NCBI GenBank assembly: GCA_942490765.1
Contig: CALNYM010000006.1
Coordinates: forward strand, 165-64,164
Length of the DNA stretch: 64,000 nucleotides
From: an uncultured Desulfobacterales bacterium
Lineage (GTDB): Bacteria > Desulfobacterota > Desulfobacteria > Desulfobacterales > 4572-123
Reading direction: 5' to 3'
In this document: positions 8,198-17,141 of the stretch, in pieces
How the letters are laid out: the number at the start of each line of letters is the position of its first letter
How positions within the stretch are numbered: position 1 is the first letter of the stretch
Notes under the pieces: model-generated
The model's database searches: none
The model's input: only the letters and a program-made list of their open reading frames with translations
What the model was told of the DNA's origin: nothing
Position numbers and translations under genes: made by a program

Positions 8198-9229
8198 TCA
8201 GTATTTGAAAAAGTCCATATACCACCTGGCCGCTTTGTCCAGACCGTCTTTTACGGAGAACTCGGGGGCGTACCCTAAAAGGGTTTTTGCCCTGCTGATG
8301 TCGGCAAGGGAATGGCGGACATCGCCGTCACGAAACGCCCGATATTGCGGTTTTCGATTTTCAGCATGGGAAACGGTTCGGGCCACCCGTTCCTGAATCA
8401 GGGCAAAAAGGTCATTCAAGGTGGTTCGCTGGCCAAAGGCGACATTATACACCTGGTTGACGGCATCCGTATCGGTGGTGCCTGCCGCCAGCAGATTGGC
8501 CTGAATACAGTTCTCGATATAGCAGAAATCCCGGCTGGTTTCGCCGTCACCATTTATATAGATCGGCTCTTTTTTGATCAAGCCGGAAAACCACAAGGGG
8601 ATTACCGCGGCATAGGCCCCCTTTGGATCCTGCCGGGGCCCGAAAATATTGAAATAACGCAACCCGATGGCTTGTACGCCATAGGTCCGTGCAAAAACAT
8701 CGGCATACAGCTCGTTGACATATTTGGTAACCGCATACGGAGAAAGTGGACGGCCGATGGTATCTTCCTGTTTGGGCAGGCCCGGATGATCCCCGTAGGT
8801 GGAACTGGAGGCGGCATAAACAAATCGTTTGACACCGGTATCCCTGGCCGCCACCAGCATGTTTAAAAAACCGCTGATATTGTTTTCATGGGTTCGGATG
8901 GGATCTTCAATGGAGCGCGGCACGGACCCGAGGGCGGCCTCGTGCAGGACATGATCGATATGGGCACAGGCCGTTTTGCAGGTTGCAAGATCCCGTATAT
9001 CGCCTTCCATAAAACGGAATCGCGCCCACTGATCGGCGGAGACCTGTTTTTGGACTTCAGTGAGGTTGTGTTTGAACCCGGTGGAAAAATTATCCAGGCC
9101 GATGACCGTCTGATTTAATGTTAACAGTGCTTCCAGAAGGTTGGAGCCGATAAACCCGGCAACACCGGTAATGAGCCATTTTTTCGGATTGTCGACAAGA
9201 TGTTGTTTCGCGGTTTGGATTTTTTTCAT
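8198..9229 (-). CDS. NAD-dependent sugar-nucleotide 4-epimerase (WbpP/TviC-like SDR)
   Basis: [16 protein letters not shown] Rossmann motif, YAVTKY catalytic YxxxK. Confidence 0.85.
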   Translation of the reverse strand: MKKIQTAKQHLVDNPKKWLITGVAGFIGSNLLEALLTLNQTVIGLDNFSTGFKHNLTEVQKQVSADQWARFRFMEGDIRDLATCKTACAHIDHVLHEAALGSVPRSIEDPIRTHENNISGFLNMLVAARDTGVKRFVYAASSSTYGDHPGLPKQEDTIGRPLSPYAVTKYVNELYADVFARTYGVQAIGLRYFNIFGPRQDPKGAYAAVIPLWFSGLIKKEPIYINGDGETSRDFCYIENCIQANLLAAGTTDTDAVNQVYNVAFGQRTTLNDLFALIQERVARTVSHAENRKPQYRAFRDGDVRHSLADISRAKTLLGYAPEFSVKDGLDKAARWYMDFFKY

Positions 9230-9404
9230 TTGATTCGTTTCCTTTATTTAAAACCGCAATGGACCAACGGTATCGGTTTACCCCAATGTTGCATGGGAGA
9301 GGTGACAAATATTTTAATATTTAAATTATTACAATAAGTTGTTGTATGTATAGATGTCACCTTATGTGAATTCCATACAAATCTGTTTTTGAGCCATTTT
9401 GTTC

Positions 9405-9543
9405 CCCTTCGGGAAAGCCGGAGAGCTCCAGATCCTTCGTTGTCAAGGGCTTGCGGTAGCTCACTACAGCGTCACCCTTTCCGCCTTGACTCTGGAACCC
9501 TCCCGCTTTTGCAACGGTGGGGTTTGTTTTGCCCGCTTTGCCG
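9405..9543 (+). repeat. structured repeat C, copy 1 (overlaps the 3' end of the acyl-CoA ligase gene)
   Basis: Hand alignment with 38162-38291. Outer stem aaagccggag / ctcccgcttt. Confidence 0.8.
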
Positions 9544-11161
9544 GGGTATAGTGCACCCGCCGGATTTTTTTGGTGGGGGTTTTGTCAAATTCTGCAGGAT
9601 GTATCCTGATTTCGGCAATGGCGCAATATGCGGGCAGGTGTTTATTGAGCTGCAATCGGTTTTTACGCATGATGTCGGTGAGATCAGGGGCCGTGCTGTC
9701 CGTGTCGGGGCACACCAGGGCCACCAGTCGTTTGTTTTCCCGAAAGACAAGCGATTCTTTCACCCGGGGCAGATGGTTGAGTTTGGTCTCAATTTCTTCC
9801 GGGTAAATATTTTGGCCGGATGAACTGAGGATCATGTTTTTTGATCTGCCGCGGATATAGATATCCCCATCGGGTCCCAATTGGCCCAGGTCCCCGGTAT
9901 GAAACCAGCCCTTGGCATCAATGGCTTTGGCAGTGGCTTCAGGATTTTTATAATAGCCGTCCATCACATGGGCGCCCCTGACCAGGATCTCTCCGGCGGT
10001 CGGGTTTTTCGTGTCCGGGAGAATTTTTATGGCCATGTTGTCGACGAGACGGCCCACTGAAAACAGCTTGTGTGTTTTCCAGTGGGCATAGCTCACCAGG
10101 GGGCCGCACTCACTTAATCCATAACCCACGGTAAAGGGAAAGTTGATTTTTTTTAAAAAGATTTCAACGGTTTTGTCCAGGGCCGCCCCGCCGATGATGA
10201 TCTGCCGGAATTGCCCGCCAAAAACCGCTATTAATTTTTTTCGGATTTTGCCGCGAATGATCCGCCCGAACAGGGGCAGACCCATTAAAAGACGGATGGA
10301 CCCTTTGTGGACAACCGGCTCGATGTGACGTTGGTATATTTTTTCAATAACCAGCGGCACCGTCAGGATCTGTCTGGGCCGAAGCTCGGCAAACGCTTTT
10401 AAAAGGATTCTGGGGGAGGGCAGTTTGCCCAGAAAAGTGATATGAGCGCCCATGGAAAAGGGCAGCAGAAATTCAAAGGCACAGCCGAAGGCGTGGGCCA
10501 GGGGCAGAAAAGAGACAATGGGTTCTCCGGCCTTGAGCGCAAGGTTTTCCATACCATAAGCAACATTGGCCGCCAGGCTTCTATGGGAGAGGATCACCCC
10601 TTTGGGCAGGCCGGTGGTGCCCGAGGTATAGACCAGGGCCGCCGTGTCACTGCTGTGGACAGGCCCTGGGGCTTCATACCGGTCTCCATCGGCGGGCCAT
10701 TTGGCGTGGGGGCCATCAAGGTCCATTTCCAGGAGGGTCTCATCCAGGGCCGTCATCAGGCTGAAATCAGTCAGGGAAAAAACACCCCGAAGGCCCTTTA
10801 GATCCGACAGGTCTATCTCTTTTAAGCGGCCAGGGGTGGTAAACAGCAATATCCCTTCCGAATGGGAGATGATCTGTTGAATTTCTTCCGGGCGGAAATC
10901 CGGTAGAATCGGAACGATGACCGCCCCGTAAGTGACGGTGGCCAGGTAGACCATGGCCCAATGAGCTGAATTTTTGCCGAGCAGGGTGATTTTCTGTCCC
11001 TTCCGGATGCTGTTTTTTTCAAATAACCGGTGAAGGCGGGTCAACATCGCACCGACTTCCCCATAGGTCACTGTCATGCCGTTGTAGTCGGACAGGGCCG
11101 GACGGTTGCTGTGGGCGTGGAGGCTTTTTTCAATACAGGTTAAAAGTGTTGGGTCATGCAT
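9464..11161 (-). CDS. long-chain acyl-CoA ligase (AMP-binding family)
   Basis: YTSGTTGLPKGV AMP-binding motif, ...GWFHTGDLG..., KTPTKKIRR C-terminal lysine motif. Confidence 0.85.
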   Translation of the reverse strand: MHDPTLLTCIEKSLHAHSNRPALSDYNGMTVTYGEVGAMLTRLHRLFEKNSIRKGQKITLLGKNSAHWAMVYLATVTYGAVIVPILPDFRPEEIQQIISHSEGILLFTTPGRLKEIDLSDLKGLRGVFSLTDFSLMTALDETLLEMDLDGPHAKWPADGDRYEAPGPVHSSDTAALVYTSGTTGLPKGVILSHRSLAANVAYGMENLALKAGEPIVSFLPLAHAFGCAFEFLLPFSMGAHITFLGKLPSPRILLKAFAELRPRQILTVPLVIEKIYQRHIEPVVHKGSIRLLMGLPLFGRIIRGKIRKKLIAVFGGQFRQIIIGGAALDKTVEIFLKKINFPFTVGYGLSECGPLVSYAHWKTHKLFSVGRLVDNMAIKILPDTKNPTAGEILVRGAHVMDGYYKNPEATAKAIDAKGWFHTGDLGQLGPDGDIYIRGRSKNMILSSSGQNIYPEEIETKLNHLPRVKESLVFRENKRLVALVCPDTDSTAPDLTDIMRKNRLQLNKHLPAYCAIAEIRIHPAEFDKTPTKKIRRVHYTPAKRAKQTPPLQKREGSRVKAERVTL

Positions 11162-11504
11162 GGCTCATCGTCAGTTCAGGTTCATGGACTCCGGGTTCGG
11201 ACAGCGTTTCAAGTTGTTTCCCCTGCGTTATCACAAACCCGCCGGCTTTGCCACTATCATATTGGAATATTTGCAGGACAGCTGCATCCGGCTTTGGGAA
11301 AAGTGTTGTATCAATGGGACTTTTGCTGACCCCCTGCGATGTGTCAATGGATTGACCGGCTTTGATGATAGGTGCGGTCTGTTTTTTATTGACTGTTCCG
11401 CTAAAAGAACCTACCGTCTGCTTCAGCTTGCCTATGATCTGTTTGATGGCGTCGTAAAAAGTCTCCATCCACTGCGCCATAGGGATTCCCCAGAGACGCG
11501 ACAT
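11154..11504 (-). CDS. hypothetical small protein. All candidate starts lie inside an R2 repeat.
   Basis: 116-aa ORF overlapping the ligase start by 8 nt. No family recognised. N-terminus METFYDAI is encoded by the repeat terminus. Confidence 0.3.
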   Translation of the reverse strand: MSRLWGIPMAQWMETFYDAIKQIIGKLKQTVGSFSGTVNKKQTAPIIKAGQSIDTSQGVSKSPIDTTLFPKPDAAVLQIFQYDSGKAGGFVITQGKQLETLSEPGVHEPELTMSHA

Positions 11505-11652
11505 ACCATATGGTTTCCTTTATTTCAGGTTGAAGGTAAAAGGCTGAAGACTGAAGGTTAAAGGCATTCTGCCGATTTGACAGGCACCGCTACCTTCTGC
11601 CTGTATATACGATTTCTACTTAGCCATCTCAAATAACGTTTACGAGTTCATC
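11447..11652 (+). repeat. R2 mosaic palindromic repeat, copy a
   Basis: tgatggcgtcgtaaaaagtctccat 5' end, aaggcattctgcc central module, tacgagttcatc 3' end. Confidence 0.85.
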
Positions 11653-11685
11653 AAGGGTTGATGAACTCGTAAAAAGTCTAATTTG

Positions 11686-11810
11686 GACGGTTTCGTAAAA
11701 AGTTCAAATTCAAGGCGCGCAAATTTTACAATCATGAGGCGTACTTAGCGTACGTTGAATGATTGCAAAATGCAGCGCAACGCAGGAGTTGGACTTTTTA
11801 CGAGACCGTC
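11686..11810 (-). repeat. R1 MITE-like repeat (125 bp), copy a
   Basis: Terminal inverted repeats gacggt(c/t)tcgtaaaaagt / actttttacgagaccgtc. Confidence 0.9.
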
Positions 11811-11822
11811 AAGGGTTGAACG

Positions 11823-12659
11823 ATGAAAAAAGTCACTATCCATGTCTGGCGGCGGATCCTTCAAACAGGTGTTGCCGCTACCTTTATCCTGCTCCCCGTA
11901 TTGAACGCAACCGGGTTTGACTTTATCTGGGGGAATTTTTTAAATATCCACATCGGCGGTTTGACTTTTGCAGACCCCCTTGCTGTTTTGCAGGTGATCG
12001 TAAAAAATCGATATCTGCCCTGGGGGCTTTTGATCAGCGCCGGCATGGTGCTGGCCATTGCCGTTTGCCTGGGCACCGTGTTCTGCTCCTGGGTTTGTCC
12101 TTTTGGCTTGCTGTCGGAACTGGTAAACCGCTTTTCCTGCCGGATCCGGCCCCGGAAAGACGGTGACCGCACAAGCGGGAAAAACGGATTTGCCGTTAAG
12201 GCGGTTCTTTTTTGCGTCGGGTTTGTTATCTCCTGGGCCTTTTTCAACAGACCGATTTTAAATCGGGTGTCCCTGCCCTTCCAGTATTCAAATATCTTCC
12301 AGTATCTATTTATTCAACAACAGCTTACTGTTGCCCTAGGGTTTATCGGGGCCGTTTTGCTGGTAGAATTTATATTTCGCACCCGTTTGTGGTGCCGCTG
12401 GATTTGTCCCCAAGCCGTTCTTCTGGTCGTTGTCAAACGGTTCAATCCGTTTCGGCTGAAAGTGGTTTTCGAAAAAGAGAAATGTATCGGCTGCAAGGCA
12501 TTGTGCCCATGTCAGAACGCCTGTTCCCTTGATCTGGACCCCAGGCGCCTGAATGGCCGGATGGAAGCAGAATGCACCAATTGCGGTGATTGCGTGGATG
12601 CCTGCAGACAAAGGGGCGCGGCGCTTGGTTTCAGGATTGGTCGATACAAACAGTTTTGA
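11823..12659 (+). CDS. NapH/MauN-type membrane 4Fe-4S protein
   Basis: WVCPFGLL and RWICPQ membrane Cys motifs plus two C-terminal ferredoxin clusters (CIGCKALCPC..., CTNCGDCVDAC). Confidence 0.8.
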   Translation: MKKVTIHVWRRILQTGVAATFILLPVLNATGFDFIWGNFLNIHIGGLTFADPLAVLQVIVKNRYLPWGLLISAGMVLAIAVCLGTVFCSWVCPFGLLSELVNRFSCRIRPRKDGDRTSGKNGFAVKAVLFCVGFVISWAFFNRPILNRVSLPFQYSNIFQYLFIQQQLTVALGFIGAVLLVEFIFRTRLWCRWICPQAVLLVVVKRFNPFRLKVVFEKEKCIGCKALCPCQNACSLDLDPRRLNGRMEAECTNCGDCVDACRQRGAALGFRIGRYKQF

Positions 12660-12782
12660 CGGTCTCGTAAAAAGTCCAACTCCTGCGTTGCGCTGCATTT
12701 CGTAATCATTCAACGTACGTTAAGTACGCCTCATGATACCAAAATTTGCACGCCTTGAATTTGAACTTTTTACGAGACCGTC
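12658..12782 (+). repeat. R1 repeat, copy b
   Basis: Same 125-bp element. Its first bases complete the TGA stop at 12657-12659. Confidence 0.9.
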
Positions 12783-12817
12783 TGAATTCGACTTTTTACG
12801 AGTTATTCAGTTTTAAT

Positions 12818-13612
12818 TCATCGCTTTGCCACAAACCAGCCGTTTCTAAGATCTTTTTTATTGTAGGTCACGTTTTTATTTGAATCATAAAAATAGACCC
12901 TTCCGCCGCTGGCCTCAATGATGGCCTGCCCGGCACCAATATCCCATTCCATTGTTGGTGCCAGTCTCGGGTAAACGTCTGCGGTTCCCTCTGCCACAAG
13001 GCACAGTTTCAATGAACTGCCTGCAGGGACGGTTTCAACCGTTTTATACTCATTTTTCAGTTGATCAATAAACGCCTGGGTTTCTTTTGAAAAATGAGAC
13101 CGACTCACCACCACTGTCACAACACCGTCTTCTTTTGGTTTCAAGGGCAGTTTTTTTGCTGCAGTTTTCATCTCGTCAATTTTATATTTGGATGCATTGA
13201 TTACCTTAAACGCCCCAAGGCCTTCAGCCCCATAATATAATTGGTCTTTTACCGGAAGATAGATAACCCCCAGAACAGGGTGGCCGTTTTCAATCAGCGC
13301 AATGTTGACTGTAAACTCGCCATTTCTTTTTATAAACTCCTTGGTGCCATCCAGTGGGTCTATCAACCAGAATTTGGGCCACCGGCTTCGCTTTTCGTAG
13401 GCAATGCGCTTTCCTTCCTCGCTGAGCAGCGGAATCGTCGGAAAAGTTTCTTTAAGGTAGGTGCAGATAATATCATTTGATTTTTTATCAGCATCTGTCA
13501 GCGGAGAGTTGTCCGCCTTATATTCGACATTATAACTGGTGTCATAAATTTTTAAAATCGCTTTTCCGGCTTCAATGGACACTGAAATAATATTTTTCAA
13601 TAAATCTGACAT
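12818..13612 (-). CDS. cysQ: 3'(2'),5'-bisphosphate nucleotidase
   Basis: WLIDPLDGTKEF and WDIGAGQAI inositol-monophosphatase-family motifs. The ORF extends to a GTG at 13642. Confidence 0.85.
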   Translation of the reverse strand: MSDLLKNIISVSIEAGKAILKIYDTSYNVEYKADNSPLTDADKKSNDIICTYLKETFPTIPLLSEEGKRIAYEKRSRWPKFWLIDPLDGTKEFIKRNGEFTVNIALIENGHPVLGVIYLPVKDQLYYGAEGLGAFKVINASKYKIDEMKTAAKKLPLKPKEDGVVTVVVSRSHFSKETQAFIDQLKNEYKTVETVPAGSSLKLCLVAEGTADVYPRLAPTMEWDIGAGQAIIEASGGRVYFYDSNKNVTYNKKDLRNGWFVAKR

Positions 13613-13719
13613 ACGATGAACGGAACTCCTTTTTTTAAACACGCGTAACCGTTACTGGGTTTGGGAACAGGGTGATGATGATCATGGCGCTTGATTTTTT
13701 TCAAGACGACGGTGTCGTC

Positions 13720-14754
13720 TCATAGCGGTGTGGTCTGAATGGCTTCCGGGGAAAGGGTGTAATGGATCACGTCCCCCACCAGCAAGCCGTGTTTCCGGTA
13801 TGTTTCCGGGGACATCATCACTGTGATCCATATGTCCGAGTCCATCATGATTCGGATGGTCCCGTTTTCCAGCATCACCTGCCGCACCTGGCCCTGTAAA
13901 ATATTTTTTCCCGAGGCCTTTTGTGCCTCCGACCCCCGGCAAAGTGTGATTTTATGCGGATCAATGAAAATTCGCACCCGGCGGCCCACAGGGCTTTTTT
14001 CTTCGGGTCCGGCAAAAAGGGAGACGGTGGGGGTCAGGGCATAAACCGTTTTTCCCTCGTCGTTCCGAAGGATAACGGCAGAAAAGATATTGTCGTATCC
14101 GGTGCGGATCAGTTTGCCGTGATCCAGTACCAGGGTCTGGTGGGCGATGCCGGCGGCCTGGGTGCGATCGTGGGTGGTAAAGATGATGCTGATCTTTTTT
14201 GTCGCGTTGATCTGCCGGAGCAAATTGATGATGATGGCCTGATTTTCAGCATCCACACTGGCAGTGGGTTCGTCGCATAGAAATACTTCCGGGGAAAGGG
14301 CCAGGGCCCGGGCCAAGGCCACCCGCTGGGTTTCTCCGCCGGAAAGCCGATGGGCTTTAGCCTGTGCAAATGCCCGCATGCCCACCAGGTCCAGGGCCTC
14401 TTCGATGATGCGGGTGCGGTTTTTGGGGGAAATGTTTCTGATTTTAAGGCCGAATTCAAGGTTCTTGAACACCGAGGCGGTAAAGAGGATGGGGTGCTGG
14501 TGTACCACAACAACCTGGCGCCTCAGCGCCTGGAGCGCCTTTTCGGTAAAAGACACCGGCCCGGACCGGTATTGAATTTTGCCGGTGGTGGGGGCATCCA
14601 GGAAGCCGAGAATGTTCAAGAGCGTTGTCTTGCCGGCCCCGTTGGGACCCAAAAGCGCGTATATACGGTTTTTTTCGATGGCCAGGTGGGGGATTTCCAG
14701 AACGGTCCGGTTGCCGTAGACTTTTGTCAGATCGGTTAATTCGTAGATCATCAT
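13720..14754 (-). CDS. tupC: tungstate/molybdate-type ABC transporter ATPase with C-terminal TOBE domain
   Basis: GPNGAGKTT, LSGGETQR, LCDEP. TOBE-like C-terminal 100 aa. Confidence 0.75.
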   Translation of the reverse strand: MMIYELTDLTKVYGNRTVLEIPHLAIEKNRIYALLGPNGAGKTTLLNILGFLDAPTTGKIQYRSGPVSFTEKALQALRRQVVVVHQHPILFTASVFKNLEFGLKIRNISPKNRTRIIEEALDLVGMRAFAQAKAHRLSGGETQRVALARALALSPEVFLCDEPTASVDAENQAIIINLLRQINATKKISIIFTTHDRTQAAGIAHQTLVLDHGKLIRTGYDNIFSAVILRNDEGKTVYALTPTVSLFAGPEEKSPVGRRVRIFIDPHKITLCRGSEAQKASGKNILQGQVRQVMLENGTIRIMMDSDIWITVMMSPETYRKHGLLVGDVIHYTLSPEAIQTTPL

Positions 14755-15446
14755 ACCCGGCTTCTTCCCTGGAAAAAGTGAAACAGCAGGTTCATGCCGA
14801 AACTGAGCCCCAGCAGGATGATGCCCAGGGCCACGGCCAGGGTAAAGGCGCCTTTGTCGTATTCAAGGGCCATGGCCGTTGTCATGGTGCGGGTAAACCC
14901 CTTGATATTGCCGCCCAGCATCATGCTGATGCCCACCTCTGAAATCACCCGGCCAAAAGCGGCCACAACGGCGGCCACAACACCGAAACGGGCTTCCCGG
15001 AAGACCACCCAGGCGGTTTGAATCCGGTTTGCGCCAAGGGTCATGGCGGTTTTGCGGTAGCGTTCATCAATGCGGCTGATGGCGGCAACGGTAAAAGCGG
15101 TCACCACGGGAATGATGAGAATCACCTGGCCGAGGACGATGGCCCCCTGGGTGTAGAGCAGGTCAACGGGGCCGAAAATGCCCCTTCTGGAAATAAACGC
15201 GTAAACAAACAGCCCGATGACCACCGTGGGCAGGGCCAGCAGGGTGTTTAAAATGGTGATGATCATGGGCTTGCCCGGCCACCGGCCAAAGGCGATGACA
15301 AACCCCAGCGGTACGCCGAGGCTGCCGGCGATGAGGGTGGACGTCAGGCTCACCTGGATGGAAACACCCACAATGGAGAGCATTTCGGCATCCAGGGACC
15401 ACACCAGAAGCAGGGCCGATGCAAAGCTGTCGATGAAAAAATCCAT
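14751..15446 (-). CDS. tupB: ABC transporter permease (TupB-like)
   Basis: Polytopic membrane protein. Start set at MDFFIDSF, because the longer ORF N-terminus (MNDCKMQRNAGVGLFTRPS) is R1 repeat sequence. Confidence 0.75.
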   Translation of the reverse strand: MDFFIDSFASALLLVWSLDAEMLSIVGVSIQVSLTSTLIAGSLGVPLGFVIAFGRWPGKPMIITILNTLLALPTVVIGLFVYAFISRRGIFGPVDLLYTQGAIVLGQVILIIPVVTAFTVAAISRIDERYRKTAMTLGANRIQTAWVVFREARFGVVAAVVAAFGRVISEVGISMMLGGNIKGFTRTMTTAMALEYDKGAFTLAVALGIILLGLSFGMNLLFHFFQGRSRV

Positions 15447-15459
15447 AGGGGCTATCCTT

Positions 15460-15581
15460 GACGGTCTCGTAAAAAGTCCAACTCCTGCGTTGCGCTGCAT
15501 TTTGCAATCATTCAACGTACGCTAAGTACGCCTCATGATTCAAAATTTGCACGCCTTGATTTGACTTTTTACAAGACCGTC
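15460..15581 (+). repeat. R1 repeat, copy c
   Basis: Hand alignment to the other R1 copies. Confidence 0.9.
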
Positions 15582-15688
15582 TAAATCCGACTTTTTACGT
15601 GTTCATCATCCTTGGTCAAATTGCTCAGGTAGAAGTTTGATTCGGTAGAAGGGAAGGCGTTCTGCCCATTTGACCTTCAGCCTTTTTC

Positions 15689-16585
15689 CTATTTCACCGC
15701 ATCCGGATAAAATAACTGTTTACCGATAAGCCGGTAACCGGCAATGAGTGACTGGCCCCGCGGGGACACCAGCCAGCGGGCAAACGCATCGGCCATTTCA
15801 AATTTGACATGGGGGTGCTTTTGGGGGTTGACAGGGATCACGCCATAGGGATTGGCCAGTTTGACATCGCCTTCACACAGGATTTCCAGGTCCAGGGGAA
15901 CATCCCGGCCAAACTTGTATTTGATATAGGTTCCCCGGTCGGCAAGAATATAGGCCTGTTTTTCATCGGCGACGGTCAGTGCCTTGCCCATGCCCTGGCC
16001 GATGGACAGATACCATTGCCCCAGTCCGGCCGGGTGGGTAAAGGTGATGTCCGCTTTTTTACCTTTTTTCACAATGGTCTGGGTCTGTTTTTCAAGGGCA
16101 AGGCCTGTTGCCTGCCAGAGGGCCTGCTCTTTGGTGTGGGTTCCGCTGTCGTCCCCCCGGGAAACAAACAGGGCTTTGGCCGCTGCAATTTTTTGCAATG
16201 CCAGCGCTGCATCGGAAAGGCCTTTGATGCCCGCGGGGTCTTTGGCGGGCCCTAAGATGATAAAATCGTTGTGCATGACGGCATACCGGTGGGTGCCGTA
16301 TCCGTCCGCCACAAATTTTTCCTCCCGGGATTTGGCATGGACAAAGATCACGTCCACATTGCCGTCAATACCGTCGCGAATGGCCGCGCCCGTTCCTTTG
16401 GCAATCACCTTGACTTGAATACCCGTATCTTTTGTCAGCTCCGGCAGCAGCACATCCAACAGGCCCGAGGCCTGGGTGCTGGTGGTGGTGGACATGGTCA
16501 GAATTTTTTCTTCGCCGAAAACGGCCCCCGGTACCATGGTCAGAATAAAAACAAGACAGCATACTGCGGTAATCTGTTTTTTCAT
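15689..16585 (-). CDS. tupA: tungstate-type periplasmic binding protein (TupA-like, PBP_like_2)
   Basis: Signal peptide, then the MSTTTSTQASGLLDVLLPE motif typical of TupA-type binders. Confidence 0.75.
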   Translation of the reverse strand: MKKQITAVCCLVFILTMVPGAVFGEEKILTMSTTTSTQASGLLDVLLPELTKDTGIQVKVIAKGTGAAIRDGIDGNVDVIFVHAKSREEKFVADGYGTHRYAVMHNDFIILGPAKDPAGIKGLSDAALALQKIAAAKALFVSRGDDSGTHTKEQALWQATGLALEKQTQTIVKKGKKADITFTHPAGLGQWYLSIGQGMGKALTVADEKQAYILADRGTYIKYKFGRDVPLDLEILCEGDVKLANPYGVIPVNPQKHPHVKFEMADAFARWLVSPRGQSLIAGYRLIGKQLFYPDAVK

Positions 16586-16791
16586 TTTGAATCTCCTTTA
16601 AACAATAATCGTTCTTATCTGTTTTTATAAGACCTTATTTACACGGGAAAACGGATAAATGTCAAATTCATTTCGAAAAAGCGGTTTAAATAACGCTTAA
16701 TGACATAAAAACATTTTATTGGAAAGAAATGAGATATGCGTTTTGAGTAGTGAAAATACGATTGGGGGTACCTTGTCAAATGTCAAGTGAT

Positions 16792-16846
16792 CCCTATAGT
16801 TGCATAAAAAATATGAGTTACTGATCTAACTCCGCCAATAGAAAAA
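16792..16846. promoter_or_regulatory. conserved 55-nt motif, copy 1
   Basis: 49 of 55 ungapped positions identical to 38027-38081 by hand alignment. Confidence 0.6.
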
Positions 16847-16958
16847 AGCATTCAAACACCTCATTTAATTTCCAATTTCAGGCAGCCTGAATCAGGTAAA
16901 AAACAGATGCTTTTTTTAAAGTGTCCCCGGTAAAATCCGCCTGTAAAAAATATTATAT

Positions 16959-17046
16959 TTTCATTTATGAAACCTTATATTTTCACTTGCGAAACTTTTT
17001 AGATGGTGTTATTCCAAAAATAATCAACATATCTTCATTTGTGAAA
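16959..17046 (+). promoter_or_regulatory. three TTTCAY-N2-RYGAAA palindromic sites upstream of the ABC importer operon
   Basis: tttcatttatgaaa (16959), tttcacttgcgaaa (16981), cttcatttgtgaaa (17033). Start-to-start spacing is 22 and 52 nt. Confidence 0.5.
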
Positions 17047-17141
17047 TTTTTTGATGATGCCATCGTGTCAGATTCAACCTGCCCGCCCCCAATTGGGTAA
17101 GTTTTTTAAGGGCAGGTCACGATAAAAAATGGAGACATCCC

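Noticed and set aside
12336-12713. ORFs starting MNDYEMQRNAGVGLFTRPS or MITKCSATQELDFLRDRQ (also at 15163-15515, 23175-23409, 24262-24534 and 56495-56779)
   Set aside because: They are encoded by R1 repeat copies on either strand. The same peptide recurs wherever the repeat occurs and runs into antisense of real genes.
16586-16791. Moco/Wco riboswitch upstream of tupA
   Set aside because: It would be expected for tungstate transporters. However, I could not find the conserved Moco-motif stems or loops by eye. It needs an Rfam scan before any claim.
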